A stretch of DNA of 64,000 nt from a bacterium. GTDB lineage: Bacteria > UBA8248. Below, piece by piece: positions 1 to 8,961 of this stretch. A program made the position numbers and the translations under genes. The notes beneath the pieces were generated by a model. That model was given only the letters and a program-made list of their open reading frames with translations. It was not told the DNA's origin and ran no database searches. The stretch is taken from positions 3,456,001 through 3,520,000 of the forward strand of contig CBDBZU010000004.1 in assembly GCA_965213625.1 (NCBI GenBank). Direction: 5' to 3'. Numbering within the stretch: the first letter of the stretch is position 1; each line of letters begins with the position of its first letter.

Positions 1-157
1 GAGCCGGGGTTGTTCGGCGGACCCCGCGCCGCCCCACGACCACGTGAGGGGCAACGTGGGCCTCGATGCCGCGCTTCAGATCGTCGCCTATGAGGGCGGT
101 CCTGGCCGGAAGACGGCGCGGCATTATCTCGGGAAACTCAGGGGAGATCACCAGTGA
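1..157 (+). CDS. trbC: 3' end of F-type pilus assembly protein TrbC (partial)
   Basis: Frame 2 reads ...PPHDHVRGNVGLDAALQIVAYEGGPG...KLRGDHQ*, resembling the TrbC_Ftype C-terminus; its stop overlaps the traN start (GTGA). Confidence 0.6.
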   Translation, partial: SRGCSADPAPPHDHVRGNVGLDAALQIVAYEGGPGRKTARHYLGKLRGDHQ

Positions 158-1230
158 AGCGATACGCCAAAATGAAGGTCGTCATCCTGTTCCTGCTCAT
201 CCTGGCGCACATGTCAGCGGGCGGCTCGCGCGCCGAAGACCCGAAGGCGGCCGCCCGCGTCTTGGGCGATGCGGGACGTGCAGCGGCGGCCGCGCTGGCG
301 CGGGACCCGGCCTCGACGTCAAAAGTGCCAGGCTATGCCGGTACGAACGTATCGGAGCGTGACCTGGGCGCGACCGATCTGGAAGACGCCGCGAACGCGG
401 TTTTAGGCGAACCCGACGACCCGGGCGGCCAAGCCGGTCGCGCCGTGATCGAGGGCGTGACAACGCGTCCGGACGAATCGGTCGCACCGGAGGATCCGAT
501 CACAGGGCGCGCCGGGGAGGTACAGGGCGATCCGGGGGCTTCCCGCTTTGGAGCGTCGGGCCTGGCGTCGGGGTCTGTATCGGACTGCGGCGCGGGACTC
601 GATCAGGCCGAATCGGGCGGCGCCTGCGGCTCGGTCTCCTGGTGCGTGGGTGCCGATTGTGAATCCACGGCCGTACAGGCGAATACGGGGTTCATCGACT
701 CGACCGCAAAGCTCAACATGGTGATGGAACTCGGCGGCGAGGAGTTCGACCGGGGGAATCTTCTCTTCTTCCGGGGAGAGAGGCGTTCGTGCCGGATACG
801 GTGGGGCGGACTCGCCGATTGCTGCAAGGATTCGGGGCTGCTCATCGGTCTCGGCAACTGCACGGAGTCAGAGCGCCTCCTCGCGCAGGAGCGCCACGCC
901 GGGAACACGCACTACCTAGGCGTGCGGTGCGCGAAGCGGATCTTCGGCGTCTGTGTGCGCAAGGAGCGGGTCTGGTGCGTCTTCGGCTCCAAGCTCGGCC
1001 GCATCCTGCAGGAGGCGGCGCGGTCGCAACTCGGAATCGGCTGGGGCAGTTGCCGGGGCTTCACCGTCTCGGAGATGGAACGGATCGACTTCGAGGCCGT
1101 GGATTTGTCGGAGTTCACCGAAAACCTCATGGACGGGGCGAGCGAACCATCCATTGCGCTCCCCGAATCCGGGGATACCGGCTACTTGATGAGGGAGCGC
1201 ATACGCGATTTCTATACGAGGAACGAGTGA
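154..1230 (+). CDS. traN: Mating-pair stabilisation protein TraN (short form)
   Basis: Signal peptide; Cys-rich C-terminal motifs DCCKDSG, HYLG.RC, WCVFGSKLGRILQE, CRGFT..E..RIDF...DLSEF; lies upstream of traF. Confidence 0.9.
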   Translation: MKRYAKMKVVILFLLILAHMSAGGSRAEDPKAAARVLGDAGRAAAAALARDPASTSKVPGYAGTNVSERDLGATDLEDAANAVLGEPDDPGGQAGRAVIEGVTTRPDESVAPEDPITGRAGEVQGDPGASRFGASGLASGSVSDCGAGLDQAESGGACGSVSWCVGADCESTAVQANTGFIDSTAKLNMVMELGGEEFDRGNLLFFRGERRSCRIRWGGLADCCKDSGLLIGLGNCTESERLLAQERHAGNTHYLGVRCAKRIFGVCVRKERVWCVFGSKLGRILQEAARSQLGIGWGSCRGFTVSEMERIDFEAVDLSEFTENLMDGASEPSIALPESGDTGYLMRERIRDFYTRNE

Positions 1231-1239
1231 AGGGAGACC

Positions 1240-2037
1240 ATGATAACCACATACACATTCATTCTCGTCGGCCTTATCTCGCTACTATCGGGCCCGCAGG
1301 CCGAAGCGCGGGAATGGCGCGCCTGGTGCGGTGTGGAAGCTCCCCTCGGCTGGCACTTCTATTGCGACCGCGATGAAGAGTTGGATAACGGAGCGCCTGC
1401 GGCGAAAGCCTCGCCTCCCGGCCAACCAAAAAGCGCCCAGGAACGCATCCAGACGATGCGCAAGGCGCTCGAAGACGCCCGCGCGCAGGCAATCCTGGAA
1501 CCGACTCCGGGGAACGTCACAGCCTACCTCCGCCTGCAGCAGAAGGCGCTGCAATCCGCCGCCGCGTTCTCGGACGCCTTCAGGCGCGCGGTCTGGGCGA
1601 ACCCGGGTCTGGACTACACGCTGAGACGCCCCGTGGGTGCGCTCGCCAAGAGGCTCTGGGCCGAGGAACGAAGAGCTGAGCGCGACGCCGCCCTTGCACG
1701 TCTCGGGGAGCGCTACGGACTCATCTACCTGGGATCGGAAAAATGTCCGGCGTGCCGCGTATTCGGGCCACTGCTCCGCGCCTTCGCGCTTCGGCACGGA
1801 CTCGAAGTCCTCGCCGTATCGACCACGGGAGGGCCTCTTGAGGGCTGGCCCGAGGCGGTGCCCGACGCGGGTCGCGCCGAGCGCCTGGGCATCAAGGCCC
1901 CGGTGCTTCCTGCCCTCATCCTCTACGACACGAAGAGGAGGCGTACGATGCCCGTCTCATACGGCGTGGTCGCCGAGGACCAGCTGGCCGAGCGCATCTT
2001 CACCCTGACCGCAAGGGAGGTCGGCAGTGACTACTAG
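1240..2037 (+). CDS. traF: F-type conjugal transfer protein TraF (thioredoxin-like)
   Basis: GWHFYC motif, AILEPT..NV..Y, CPAC motif; position between traN and traH. Confidence 0.9.
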   Translation: MITTYTFILVGLISLLSGPQAEAREWRAWCGVEAPLGWHFYCDRDEELDNGAPAAKASPPGQPKSAQERIQTMRKALEDARAQAILEPTPGNVTAYLRLQQKALQSAAAFSDAFRRAVWANPGLDYTLRRPVGALAKRLWAEERRAERDAALARLGERYGLIYLGSEKCPACRVFGPLLRAFALRHGLEVLAVSTTGGPLEGWPEAVPDAGRAERLGIKAPVLPALILYDTKRRRTMPVSYGVVAEDQLAERIFTLTAREVGSDY

Positions 2038-3439
2038 ACGAAATTTCATGCTGTTCATCATGGGAGCCGCGTTCTTATTTGCTGCCCCCGCCCGCGCGGA
2101 CGTCCTGTCGGAAATGGAGAACTTCTGGCGGGGCGCGGCCGTGAACACGACCGGGCCCACCGCCTTCGACGGCCAGGCTTCGGGCCACTGGACGCTGGGT
2201 AATTTGTACCTGCGCGCGCCCGTGCGCTCGGAATCGATCGCCACGGTGAGCCTTCCCTCATACCGCGCCGGCTGCGGGGGCATCGACGCGTTCGCGGGAG
2301 CGTTTTCCTTCATCGATTCCGACCAGATGATCGCCTTCGCGCGCGCCGTGGCGCAGAACGCGGCGGGCTTCGCCTTCGAATTGGCGCTCGAGACCATCTC
2401 GCCCGTGATCGCCGAGACGATGTCGAAGCTGCGGGCGCTCGCCCAGTGGGTGAACAACCAGAACGTGAACTCCTGCGAGACCGCTCAGGCCCTAGTCGGC
2501 GCCGTCTGGTCCAAGAACGACCGGGCGAGTGCGGCCATCTGCGCCGCGATCGGGACCAGGCAGGGGATTTTTTCGGACTACGCCGCCGCCCGCCACGGTT
2601 GCGGCGCGGACGGGAAACGCCACTCGACCCTGGCCGCGGCCACGGGGCCGCTGAAGGAACAGGCGCCGGTCAACGTGAACTACGCCTGGCGTGCGGTCAG
2701 GGCCTCGGGCTTACTGGCGTCTGACCGCGACCTGGGCGAATTCGCCATGTCGGTCGCAGGATCGATCATCGTGACCGCCCCTGTCACCGACGCCGATTCT
2801 ACCGGTCCCCGGGTGCGCGTGCTCGAACCCCTGGCGCTCGACAGGAGGGTGACCGAGGTGCTGATGGAAGGGGGCGGCGATCTGCCGGTCTACCGCTGCG
2901 ACACACCCGTCGAGTGTCTCAACCCCACGCTCGGACGCCTCACGGTGCCCGCGGCGCGGGGTTTCAGGAGCCGTGTCGCGGAACTGCTCAGACGCCTGGT
3001 GGACGCGGTGCGGACGGACACGGCGCCTCCGGCTGACGCCCTGGGACTCGTCAACCTCACGACGCTGCCCGTCTACCGGCTCATCAACGCGGCCGCCGCC
3101 TACCGGGGCGCCGTGGTGGAACAGGAAGTGGACGCCCTCGCCGAAGCCGTGGCGCTCGACGTGCTCCAGGTATGGATATCGGATCTTCACCGGGCGATCG
3201 AGGAGCGCGCGGGCTCGATGGACGTCGCGGACGGCGAGCGTCTCGCGCGCTGGCGCGAGGGACTTCGACAAAACCGCACCGCCCTCGCGCGCCACCGGAA
3301 CGAGGGACTCAAACGCTTCAACACCGCCCTCGCCGTGGTCGAAAAACTCCGCCTCATCGAGACGGAACTCAGCGGTGCGCTCTCGGCCGACCTGAGAGCG
3401 GCGCTCGCCTTCTCGCGCGGCGCAGCGGGCGCAAGATAG
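2027..3439 (+). CDS. traH: Conjugal transfer pilus assembly protein TraH
   Basis: PSYRAGCGGIDAFAGAFSFI, AFELALETISP and NSCETAQALV motifs. Confidence 0.93.
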   Translation: MTTRRNFMLFIMGAAFLFAAPARADVLSEMENFWRGAAVNTTGPTAFDGQASGHWTLGNLYLRAPVRSESIATVSLPSYRAGCGGIDAFAGAFSFIDSDQMIAFARAVAQNAAGFAFELALETISPVIAETMSKLRALAQWVNNQNVNSCETAQALVGAVWSKNDRASAAICAAIGTRQGIFSDYAAARHGCGADGKRHSTLAAATGPLKEQAPVNVNYAWRAVRASGLLASDRDLGEFAMSVAGSIIVTAPVTDADSTGPRVRVLEPLALDRRVTEVLMEGGGDLPVYRCDTPVECLNPTLGRLTVPAARGFRSRVAELLRRLVDAVRTDTAPPADALGLVNLTTLPVYRLINAAAAYRGAVVEQEVDALAEAVALDVLQVWISDLHRAIEERAGSMDVADGERLARWREGLRQNRTALARHRNEGLKRFNTALAVVEKLRLIETELSGALSADLRAALAFSRGAAGAR

Positions 3440-3449
3440 GGATACCCCC

Positions 3450-6377
3450 ATGTACGAGATATTCACGCTGGGAGGCGGGACCTACCTGGTCGACCTCTTA
3501 AACGCCGTCGCCGCCATCACGGGAGGCGGCGCCTTCGTGACGCTGGCGCAGATCGCGGGGGTCACGGGACTCGCCTGGGCGCTCTTCCGCACCGCTTTCG
3601 GGGGGTCATGGAAGGACAACGCCAAATGGCTCCTCGTCTTCACATGTGTCTGGGGCGCGCTGGTGGTCCCGAAGGGAACGGTGCGCGTGGTGGACAGGCT
3701 GGACCCCGCGCTCGCGCCGGCGGTGGTTGCGAACGTGCCGCTGGGCCTGGCGCTGTTCGCCTCGCTCACGAGCCGGGTGGGAGACGGGTTAACGCGCCTG
3801 ACCGAACAGGCCTTCTCCCTACCGAACGACCTGGCCTACCGCAGGCACGGGCTCATCTTCGGCGCCAGACTCGCGGCCGCAACGACCCGGATGGAGGTCA
3901 CCGACGCCGTCTTCGCGAGGAACATGAGAGCCTACGCCCGGCAGTGCGTGTTCCACGCCCTGCTTTTGGGGCACATATCGGCGGATGACCTGCGCGAGAG
4001 CACGGACCTCTGGACGCTCGTCACTGCCTCGGGTTCTCCCTCGGCGGGCACCTCGCCCGCGCGCATGGTGGAATACGCGAGTCGGGGCGCGGCCTCGGGC
4101 ACGGGAGCAACGACGCTTAATCGCGCGATCGTGACCTGCGCCACCGCCGCGTCCCGCCTCGACGCGCTGTGGGGGGCGGAGATAACGCGCGCCTCGGGCG
4201 TATTCGGGATGAGGCTCTTCCCGGGGGCCGCGAGCGAGGCGCTCGCGCGGGCGGAACTCATGGCGGCGCTGCCGGCGACGCACGATTTCCTGATCGGGGC
4301 ATCGAGATCTGCGGCCGAGGTGCTCCGCCAGCAGATGGTGCTGAACGCCATGCACGACGCGGGCGAGCAGTGGAATGCGGAGGCGGGGAACGCCGCTGCG
4401 CTGAGGTCCTACACCGAAGCCCGCGCCGAGGCGCAGACCGTATCCGCCTACCGGGCGATCGGGAGACAGGCGGAGACCTGGGTCCCCATGCTGCGCATCG
4501 TATTCGAGTGCCTCTACGTGGGCGCGTTCCCGATGGCGGTCCTGTTGATGCTGACGCCTGCGGGCGGCGCGATATTCCGCTCCTACTTCTCGGGTCTGGT
4601 GTGGCTGCAGAGCTGGGGTCCGCTCTACGCGATACTGCACCGTGTCGCTATGGGCGAGGCGGCGGAGCGCATGGGTGCGGCCGCCCTCATGCCGGGCGGG
4701 GACGTCGGCGTTTCGCTCGTGGCCCAGGCGGGTATCCGGGCCGTGGCTTCAGACGTGGCCGTGATGTCGGGTTACCTCTCGATGTCGGTGCCCTTCCTCG
4801 CCGCGGCCCTGGCCTACGGTGTCGGCCGCGCGACCTCGCTCGCCACTTCGGTCCTCTCGGTCGGACAGGAGGCCGCCTCGTCCGCTGCCCAGGAAGGCAC
4901 CACGGGCAACATCTCGCTCGGTAACACGAGCGCGGACACGCACCGCTTCGCCTCGGTCGAGGGTCACCAGGTCAGGACCTCCGCTCAGGTGGACTCCGGC
5001 CGCTACACCGGCTTCGCTCCCGGCGGCGCGGCCTTCACCGTGACCGGGGAGGGCGCCGCCGTGATGGACGCGAGTTCCGCCACGAGCCGGGTGCCGGCAG
5101 CGGGCGTCAGGCTCTCCGAGTCCCTGGCTGTGAGCCACGAAGCACGGGCGGGCGAAGCCGTCGAGCAGGCCCGTCACTTCTCGGCCGAGGCCGCCGCCGC
5201 GCGGACGGCTGCAGCGACCGATTCCGCCGCCATGGTCGAGCGGTTCGCACGCGACGTGAGAAGCGGAATCACCCACGCGCGGGGGGTGACCGAGAGTGAG
5301 AACGCGGGCGCGCAGCGCCTCGACTCCCATATCGAGAAACTCTCACAAACCGGCGGCATCACGAAGGAACAGGCGGCCGGCCTCACGAGCGAGGCCAGGG
5401 TGGGAGGCGGCTTCGATTTTATCGTCAAGGTAGGCGCCGACGGCTCGGCGAGCTGGCGGGGACAGACCATCGGGCGCGAGGCCTGGAGCCGGATGAAAGA
5501 CTACGCGGGACAAAGCGGATTATTGGACCTCTGGTCGCGCGTGGCGGACGCCTCGAGGCGCTACACAACAGCGTCGGGCGAGAGCGAGATGAAGAGCCTG
5601 GAGGAGAGTTTCGGGTCAAACCTCACGCGCATGCGGCGCTTCTCCGAGCAGGAGGCGGTGAGCCGCAGGGAGGCGGAAAACTGGAGCACACAGGCGACCG
5701 AGGTGCGCGCGAACGCGCGATCGATAGAGAGCGAACTCGGACAGCCTTTCTTCGCCTGGCTCGCGGCGCAAAAGGGCGCTGACGGTCGCGAGATAGGCGC
5801 CGCGGGCGCGATGCGCCTGGCCTCGCCCCAGACGACGGAAGACGCGGAAGTGCTGCGCGCTTATGCCGCCGCCTTCATTGCCGAGCGTTTCCCGGCGGGA
5901 GAGGGACCGGAGCCTGCGCCTGATCGGGCGGATTACGAGCGGGCGCGGGATGGCTTGCGCGACGCGGACGGGACGGAGACAGCCTGGGAAGAAGGGTCGG
6001 CATCGGTGCGCGAACGCGCGCGCGGCAGGGGTGCGCCCATGCCGGGCGGCGCAGGGGGGCGGGCCGCGCGCGGGCGTGAGGAGATTGAGACAGAACTGGA
6101 CATCAGGGAGGCGGGACGAACGGCCCGCGCAGGCGTGGCGGGAGAATCCATCGATTCCGGGCGCCCGAAGGTGGAGGCGGAGACCGAAAAACCCCTCGGT
6201 GAGCACGTCGTCAGGGACTTGCCCGTCGTTGGCGAATGGCTGGGCGGAACTCTCTACGGCACGGCGCGGAACGCGGCGCCCGGTGGGGATGAGAGGAAAG
6301 CCGTGTCCGAACCGGAGAGGAAGAAAGAAAGCGGTGGCAGAAGCGCCTTTTCGGGCGATCAGGTGATGGGGCCGTGA
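3450..6377 (+). CDS. traG: Mating-pair stabilisation protein TraG
   Basis: MYEIFTLGGG..L...LNAVA start, VANVPLGLA, WLQSWGPLYAIL, several TM helices; follows traH. Confidence 0.92.
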   Translation: MYEIFTLGGGTYLVDLLNAVAAITGGGAFVTLAQIAGVTGLAWALFRTAFGGSWKDNAKWLLVFTCVWGALVVPKGTVRVVDRLDPALAPAVVANVPLGLALFASLTSRVGDGLTRLTEQAFSLPNDLAYRRHGLIFGARLAAATTRMEVTDAVFARNMRAYARQCVFHALLLGHISADDLRESTDLWTLVTASGSPSAGTSPARMVEYASRGAASGTGATTLNRAIVTCATAASRLDALWGAEITRASGVFGMRLFPGAASEALARAELMAALPATHDFLIGASRSAAEVLRQQMVLNAMHDAGEQWNAEAGNAAALRSYTEARAEAQTVSAYRAIGRQAETWVPMLRIVFECLYVGAFPMAVLLMLTPAGGAIFRSYFSGLVWLQSWGPLYAILHRVAMGEAAERMGAAALMPGGDVGVSLVAQAGIRAVASDVAVMSGYLSMSVPFLAAALAYGVGRATSLATSVLSVGQEAASSAAQEGTTGNISLGNTSADTHRFASVEGHQVRTSAQVDSGRYTGFAPGGAAFTVTGEGAAVMDASSATSRVPAAGVRLSESLAVSHEARAGEAVEQARHFSAEAAAARTAAATDSAAMVERFARDVRSGITHARGVTESENAGAQRLDSHIEKLSQTGGITKEQAAGLTSEARVGGGFDFIVKVGADGSASWRGQTIGREAWSRMKDYAGQSGLLDLWSRVADASRRYTTASGESEMKSLEESFGSNLTRMRRFSEQEAVSRREAENWSTQATEVRANARSIESELGQPFFAWLAAQKGADGREIGAAGAMRLASPQTTEDAEVLRAYAAAFIAERFPAGEGPEPAPDRADYERARDGLRDADGTETAWEEGSASVRERARGRGAPMPGGAGGRAARGREEIETELDIREAGRTARAGVAGESIDSGRPKVEAETEKPLGEHVVRDLPVVGEWLGGTLYGTARNAAPGGDERKAVSEPERKKESGGRSAFSGDQVMGP

Positions 6378-6706
6378 CCGGGATGGTCGTCATGGGCGTG
6401 GAGTTCGTTTTCCTCATCATCCCGGCGCCAGGCGTAGCGCCCCGATCGGGTCTCCCATTCGAAGCGATCCGGGTTCCGCTCGGGGGGCGCGTAGCCGGTA
6501 AAGGGGGACACGTCGCCGCGGCATGCCCGCCGCAGGGCGCCCGCAAGCGCCGTGAGAAAACACCAGAGCGCGGCCAGGAACCAGGCGCCCGGAATGAAGC
6601 GGAAGTCATTCCCGCCGCTAAGGGTGAAGAGAGTGTAGAGCAGCGCGAGAACGGGTCCCGCCGGGACGATGACGTGCGCGGCAGCGGATGGTCTTCGGTT
6701 TTTCAT
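6359..6706 (-). CDS. Small membrane protein convergent with traG (candidate entry-exclusion protein)
   Basis: 115 aa, two hydrophobic segments, AAGGAG RBS; degenerate paralog near 50530-50780. Function inferred from position only. Confidence 0.6.
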   Translation of the reverse strand: MKNRRPSAAAHVIVPAGPVLALLYTLFTLSGGNDFRFIPGAWFLAALWCFLTALAGALRRACRGDVSPFTGYAPPERNPDRFEWETRSGRYAWRRDDEENELHAHDDHPGHGPIT

Positions 6707-6873
6707 GGATGGCTCCTTTCTGGTCGTGAATCGACAGGATGCGGGCGCGGCAACCTGTCTCTCGACCCTGCACCCGCTCCCTCAGGTCTCTCTCCCCGGC
6801 CTCTGCCCGGCGCATCGCGAGGCCAGGACGCCGGCAGCACCACCATGCAGACAGTATGAAAAAGGAGAATCGA

Positions 6874-8961
6874 ATGACCATCGGAAATGCCACCCTTCGC
6901 GGCGGCCAGACGCTGCTTCACGACGCCCGGATGTGGGGCCAGCTCGCGCGCTGGGGCGTCGTGGGACTAGTACTCGCCATCGTCCTGACCCCTGCGGTGA
7001 GCCTCTTCACGACGACGAGCGCACACGAATGGCGCGTCGTGGGACTCGGGACACTCGCCGAAGCCAAGCTCGCGATCGGGTATTCCCCCGATTCGGGCCA
7101 GGTATACGAGTGGGGAGAAGGCGTGCAGGTGATCGAATCCATCTCCCTGATCGCCTCCGACCCCAGGATCGAGCGCACCAGAAGGCGGTTTCTCGCTATC
7201 ATTCATACGAAAGCGTGGCTGGGCCTCTGGCTGGGGCTCTCGTGTGTCGCCGCATTCATCGTCACCTTCTGGCTGCTGGGACGCCGCATGGCCCGCGCGC
7301 ACAGGGTGCGGGGAGCGGAGATGACGACTGCGGGAGCGCTCGCGAGACGCGTTACGCCTCTCTTCTCCCGCCTGACGGAAAGATTCTTCCCGGCCGCGTG
7401 CAAGTCCACCCCCCGCATCGCGGGCGTCCCCTGGCCCGAGCGTGCCGAAACGCAGCACACCATCGTCTCGGGCACCACGGGTTCGGGCAAGACCGTCCTG
7501 ATATCGGACATGGTCGCGCAGATACGCGCCCGGGGGGAGCGCTGCATTCTTTATGACAAGATGGGGAGCTACACGCGCGCGTTCTTCGACCCCGCACGCG
7601 ACGTACTGATGAACCCCCTCGACGCCCGTGCGCCGCGTTGGTCTCCTTTCCTGGAAGCCAGGACGCCCAGGGACTTCGACACGATGGCGGCTGCGCTCAT
7701 CCCCCAGCAGAAGGACACGGTGGACCCCTTCTGGGTCACGGCCGCGCGGCAACTGTTCGCGAACGGCGCGGGCGTCCTCTGGAAACGCGGCGTGACGGAG
7801 AACAGCGTACTCGTAAAACACCTGCTCAAGACGGAGTTGACTGCCCTCGCAGAGGCCATGGAGGGCACGGTGGCGCAGTCCATCGTGGACCCCGAGAACC
7901 CCAAGACCGCGCTCTCGGTGCGGGCCATGCTGACCGCGCACCTGGGCGCACTCGAGTGCCTGCCCGACTCAGGCGTGCCGTTCTCCATCAGGGAGTGGGT
8001 GGAGCGTGAGAAAGAGACCGGCTTCCTGTTCCTGACCTCCCGCGGGGACCAGCACGCGAGCCTGCGGGGCCTCATCTCGACCTGGCTCGAGATCGCCGTG
8101 AACGCTTTGTTGTCCCTCGGCCGGGACGACGCGCGCAGGATATGGATTGTGCTGGATGAGCTTCCCACTCTCCACCAGGTGCCGAGCCTGCAACCCGGTC
8201 TCGCCGAATCGCGCCAGTTCGGGGGGTGTTTCGTGCTGGGGGTCCAGGTGATCTCCGCCCTGCGCGATTTGTATGGGCGAAACGGCGCCGAGACCGTATC
8301 GGGTCTCTGCGGCACCCGGGTGGTGCTGGCAGCACCCGACCAGGAGACGGCACGCTGGTCGGCCGAGAGTCTCGGCCGCGGCGAGGTGACCGAATACGCG
8401 GAGGGGCTCAGCTATGGCGCCAGCGCGATGAGGGACGGCGTCTCGCTCACACAGCGCCGCGAGATGCGACCCCTGGCGCTGCCTTCCGAAATCATGCGCC
8501 TCGAGAATTTACACGGCTACCTTAAGTTCCCCGGTCCCTGGCCCGTCGCCCGGGTCAGGCTCGACTACGTGAAAAGGCCCAAAGCCGCCGAGAGCTTCAT
8601 CCCGAGAGAGGGTGCGCCGCTTCTCGAAGCAGGTGGAGCGAAAAGCGCTGAAACCGGACCCTCCGGGAAAACGCACGAGTCCAAGAGGGCGGCTGAACCC
8701 GGGGAAGCGACGAATCAGTTGGAACTCGAATTACCCGGCGATGCGACCACAAACGCTAAGCCTGAAGCCGAGCGTGAACGACCCGCTCCGCCGCCGGACG
8801 CGGGCGTGGCGTGGCCCGATCAAGCCCCCGGAACATCCGGAGCGCAACGACCCGCGGCCCACACCGCAGAAGGGGATGACGCCGGTGCGGCTGGCAGCGA
8901 TGAGCGCAACCGGCGCGAAGACGGCGAAGAGGCCGGGCCCCGCACGCCGGACTGGTTGTGA
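6874..8961 (+). CDS. traD: Type IV coupling protein TraD/TrwB family
   Basis: Two N-terminal TMs, Walker A GTTGSGKT, YDKMGSY, DPFW, Walker B IVLDELPTL; start placed at ATG 6874 after AAGGAG. Confidence 0.93.
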   Translation: MTIGNATLRGGQTLLHDARMWGQLARWGVVGLVLAIVLTPAVSLFTTTSAHEWRVVGLGTLAEAKLAIGYSPDSGQVYEWGEGVQVIESISLIASDPRIERTRRRFLAIIHTKAWLGLWLGLSCVAAFIVTFWLLGRRMARAHRVRGAEMTTAGALARRVTPLFSRLTERFFPAACKSTPRIAGVPWPERAETQHTIVSGTTGSGKTVLISDMVAQIRARGERCILYDKMGSYTRAFFDPARDVLMNPLDARAPRWSPFLEARTPRDFDTMAAALIPQQKDTVDPFWVTAARQLFANGAGVLWKRGVTENSVLVKHLLKTELTALAEAMEGTVAQSIVDPENPKTALSVRAMLTAHLGALECLPDSGVPFSIREWVEREKETGFLFLTSRGDQHASLRGLISTWLEIAVNALLSLGRDDARRIWIVLDELPTLHQVPSLQPGLAESRQFGGCFVLGVQVISALRDLYGRNGAETVSGLCGTRVVLAAPDQETARWSAESLGRGEVTEYAEGLSYGASAMRDGVSLTQRREMRPLALPSEIMRLENLHGYLKFPGPWPVARVRLDYVKRPKAAESFIPREGAPLLEAGGAKSAETGPSGKTHESKRAAEPGEATNQLELELPGDATTNAKPEAERERPAPPPDAGVAWPDQAPGTSGAQRPAAHTAEGDDAGAAGSDERNRREDGEEAGPRTPDWL

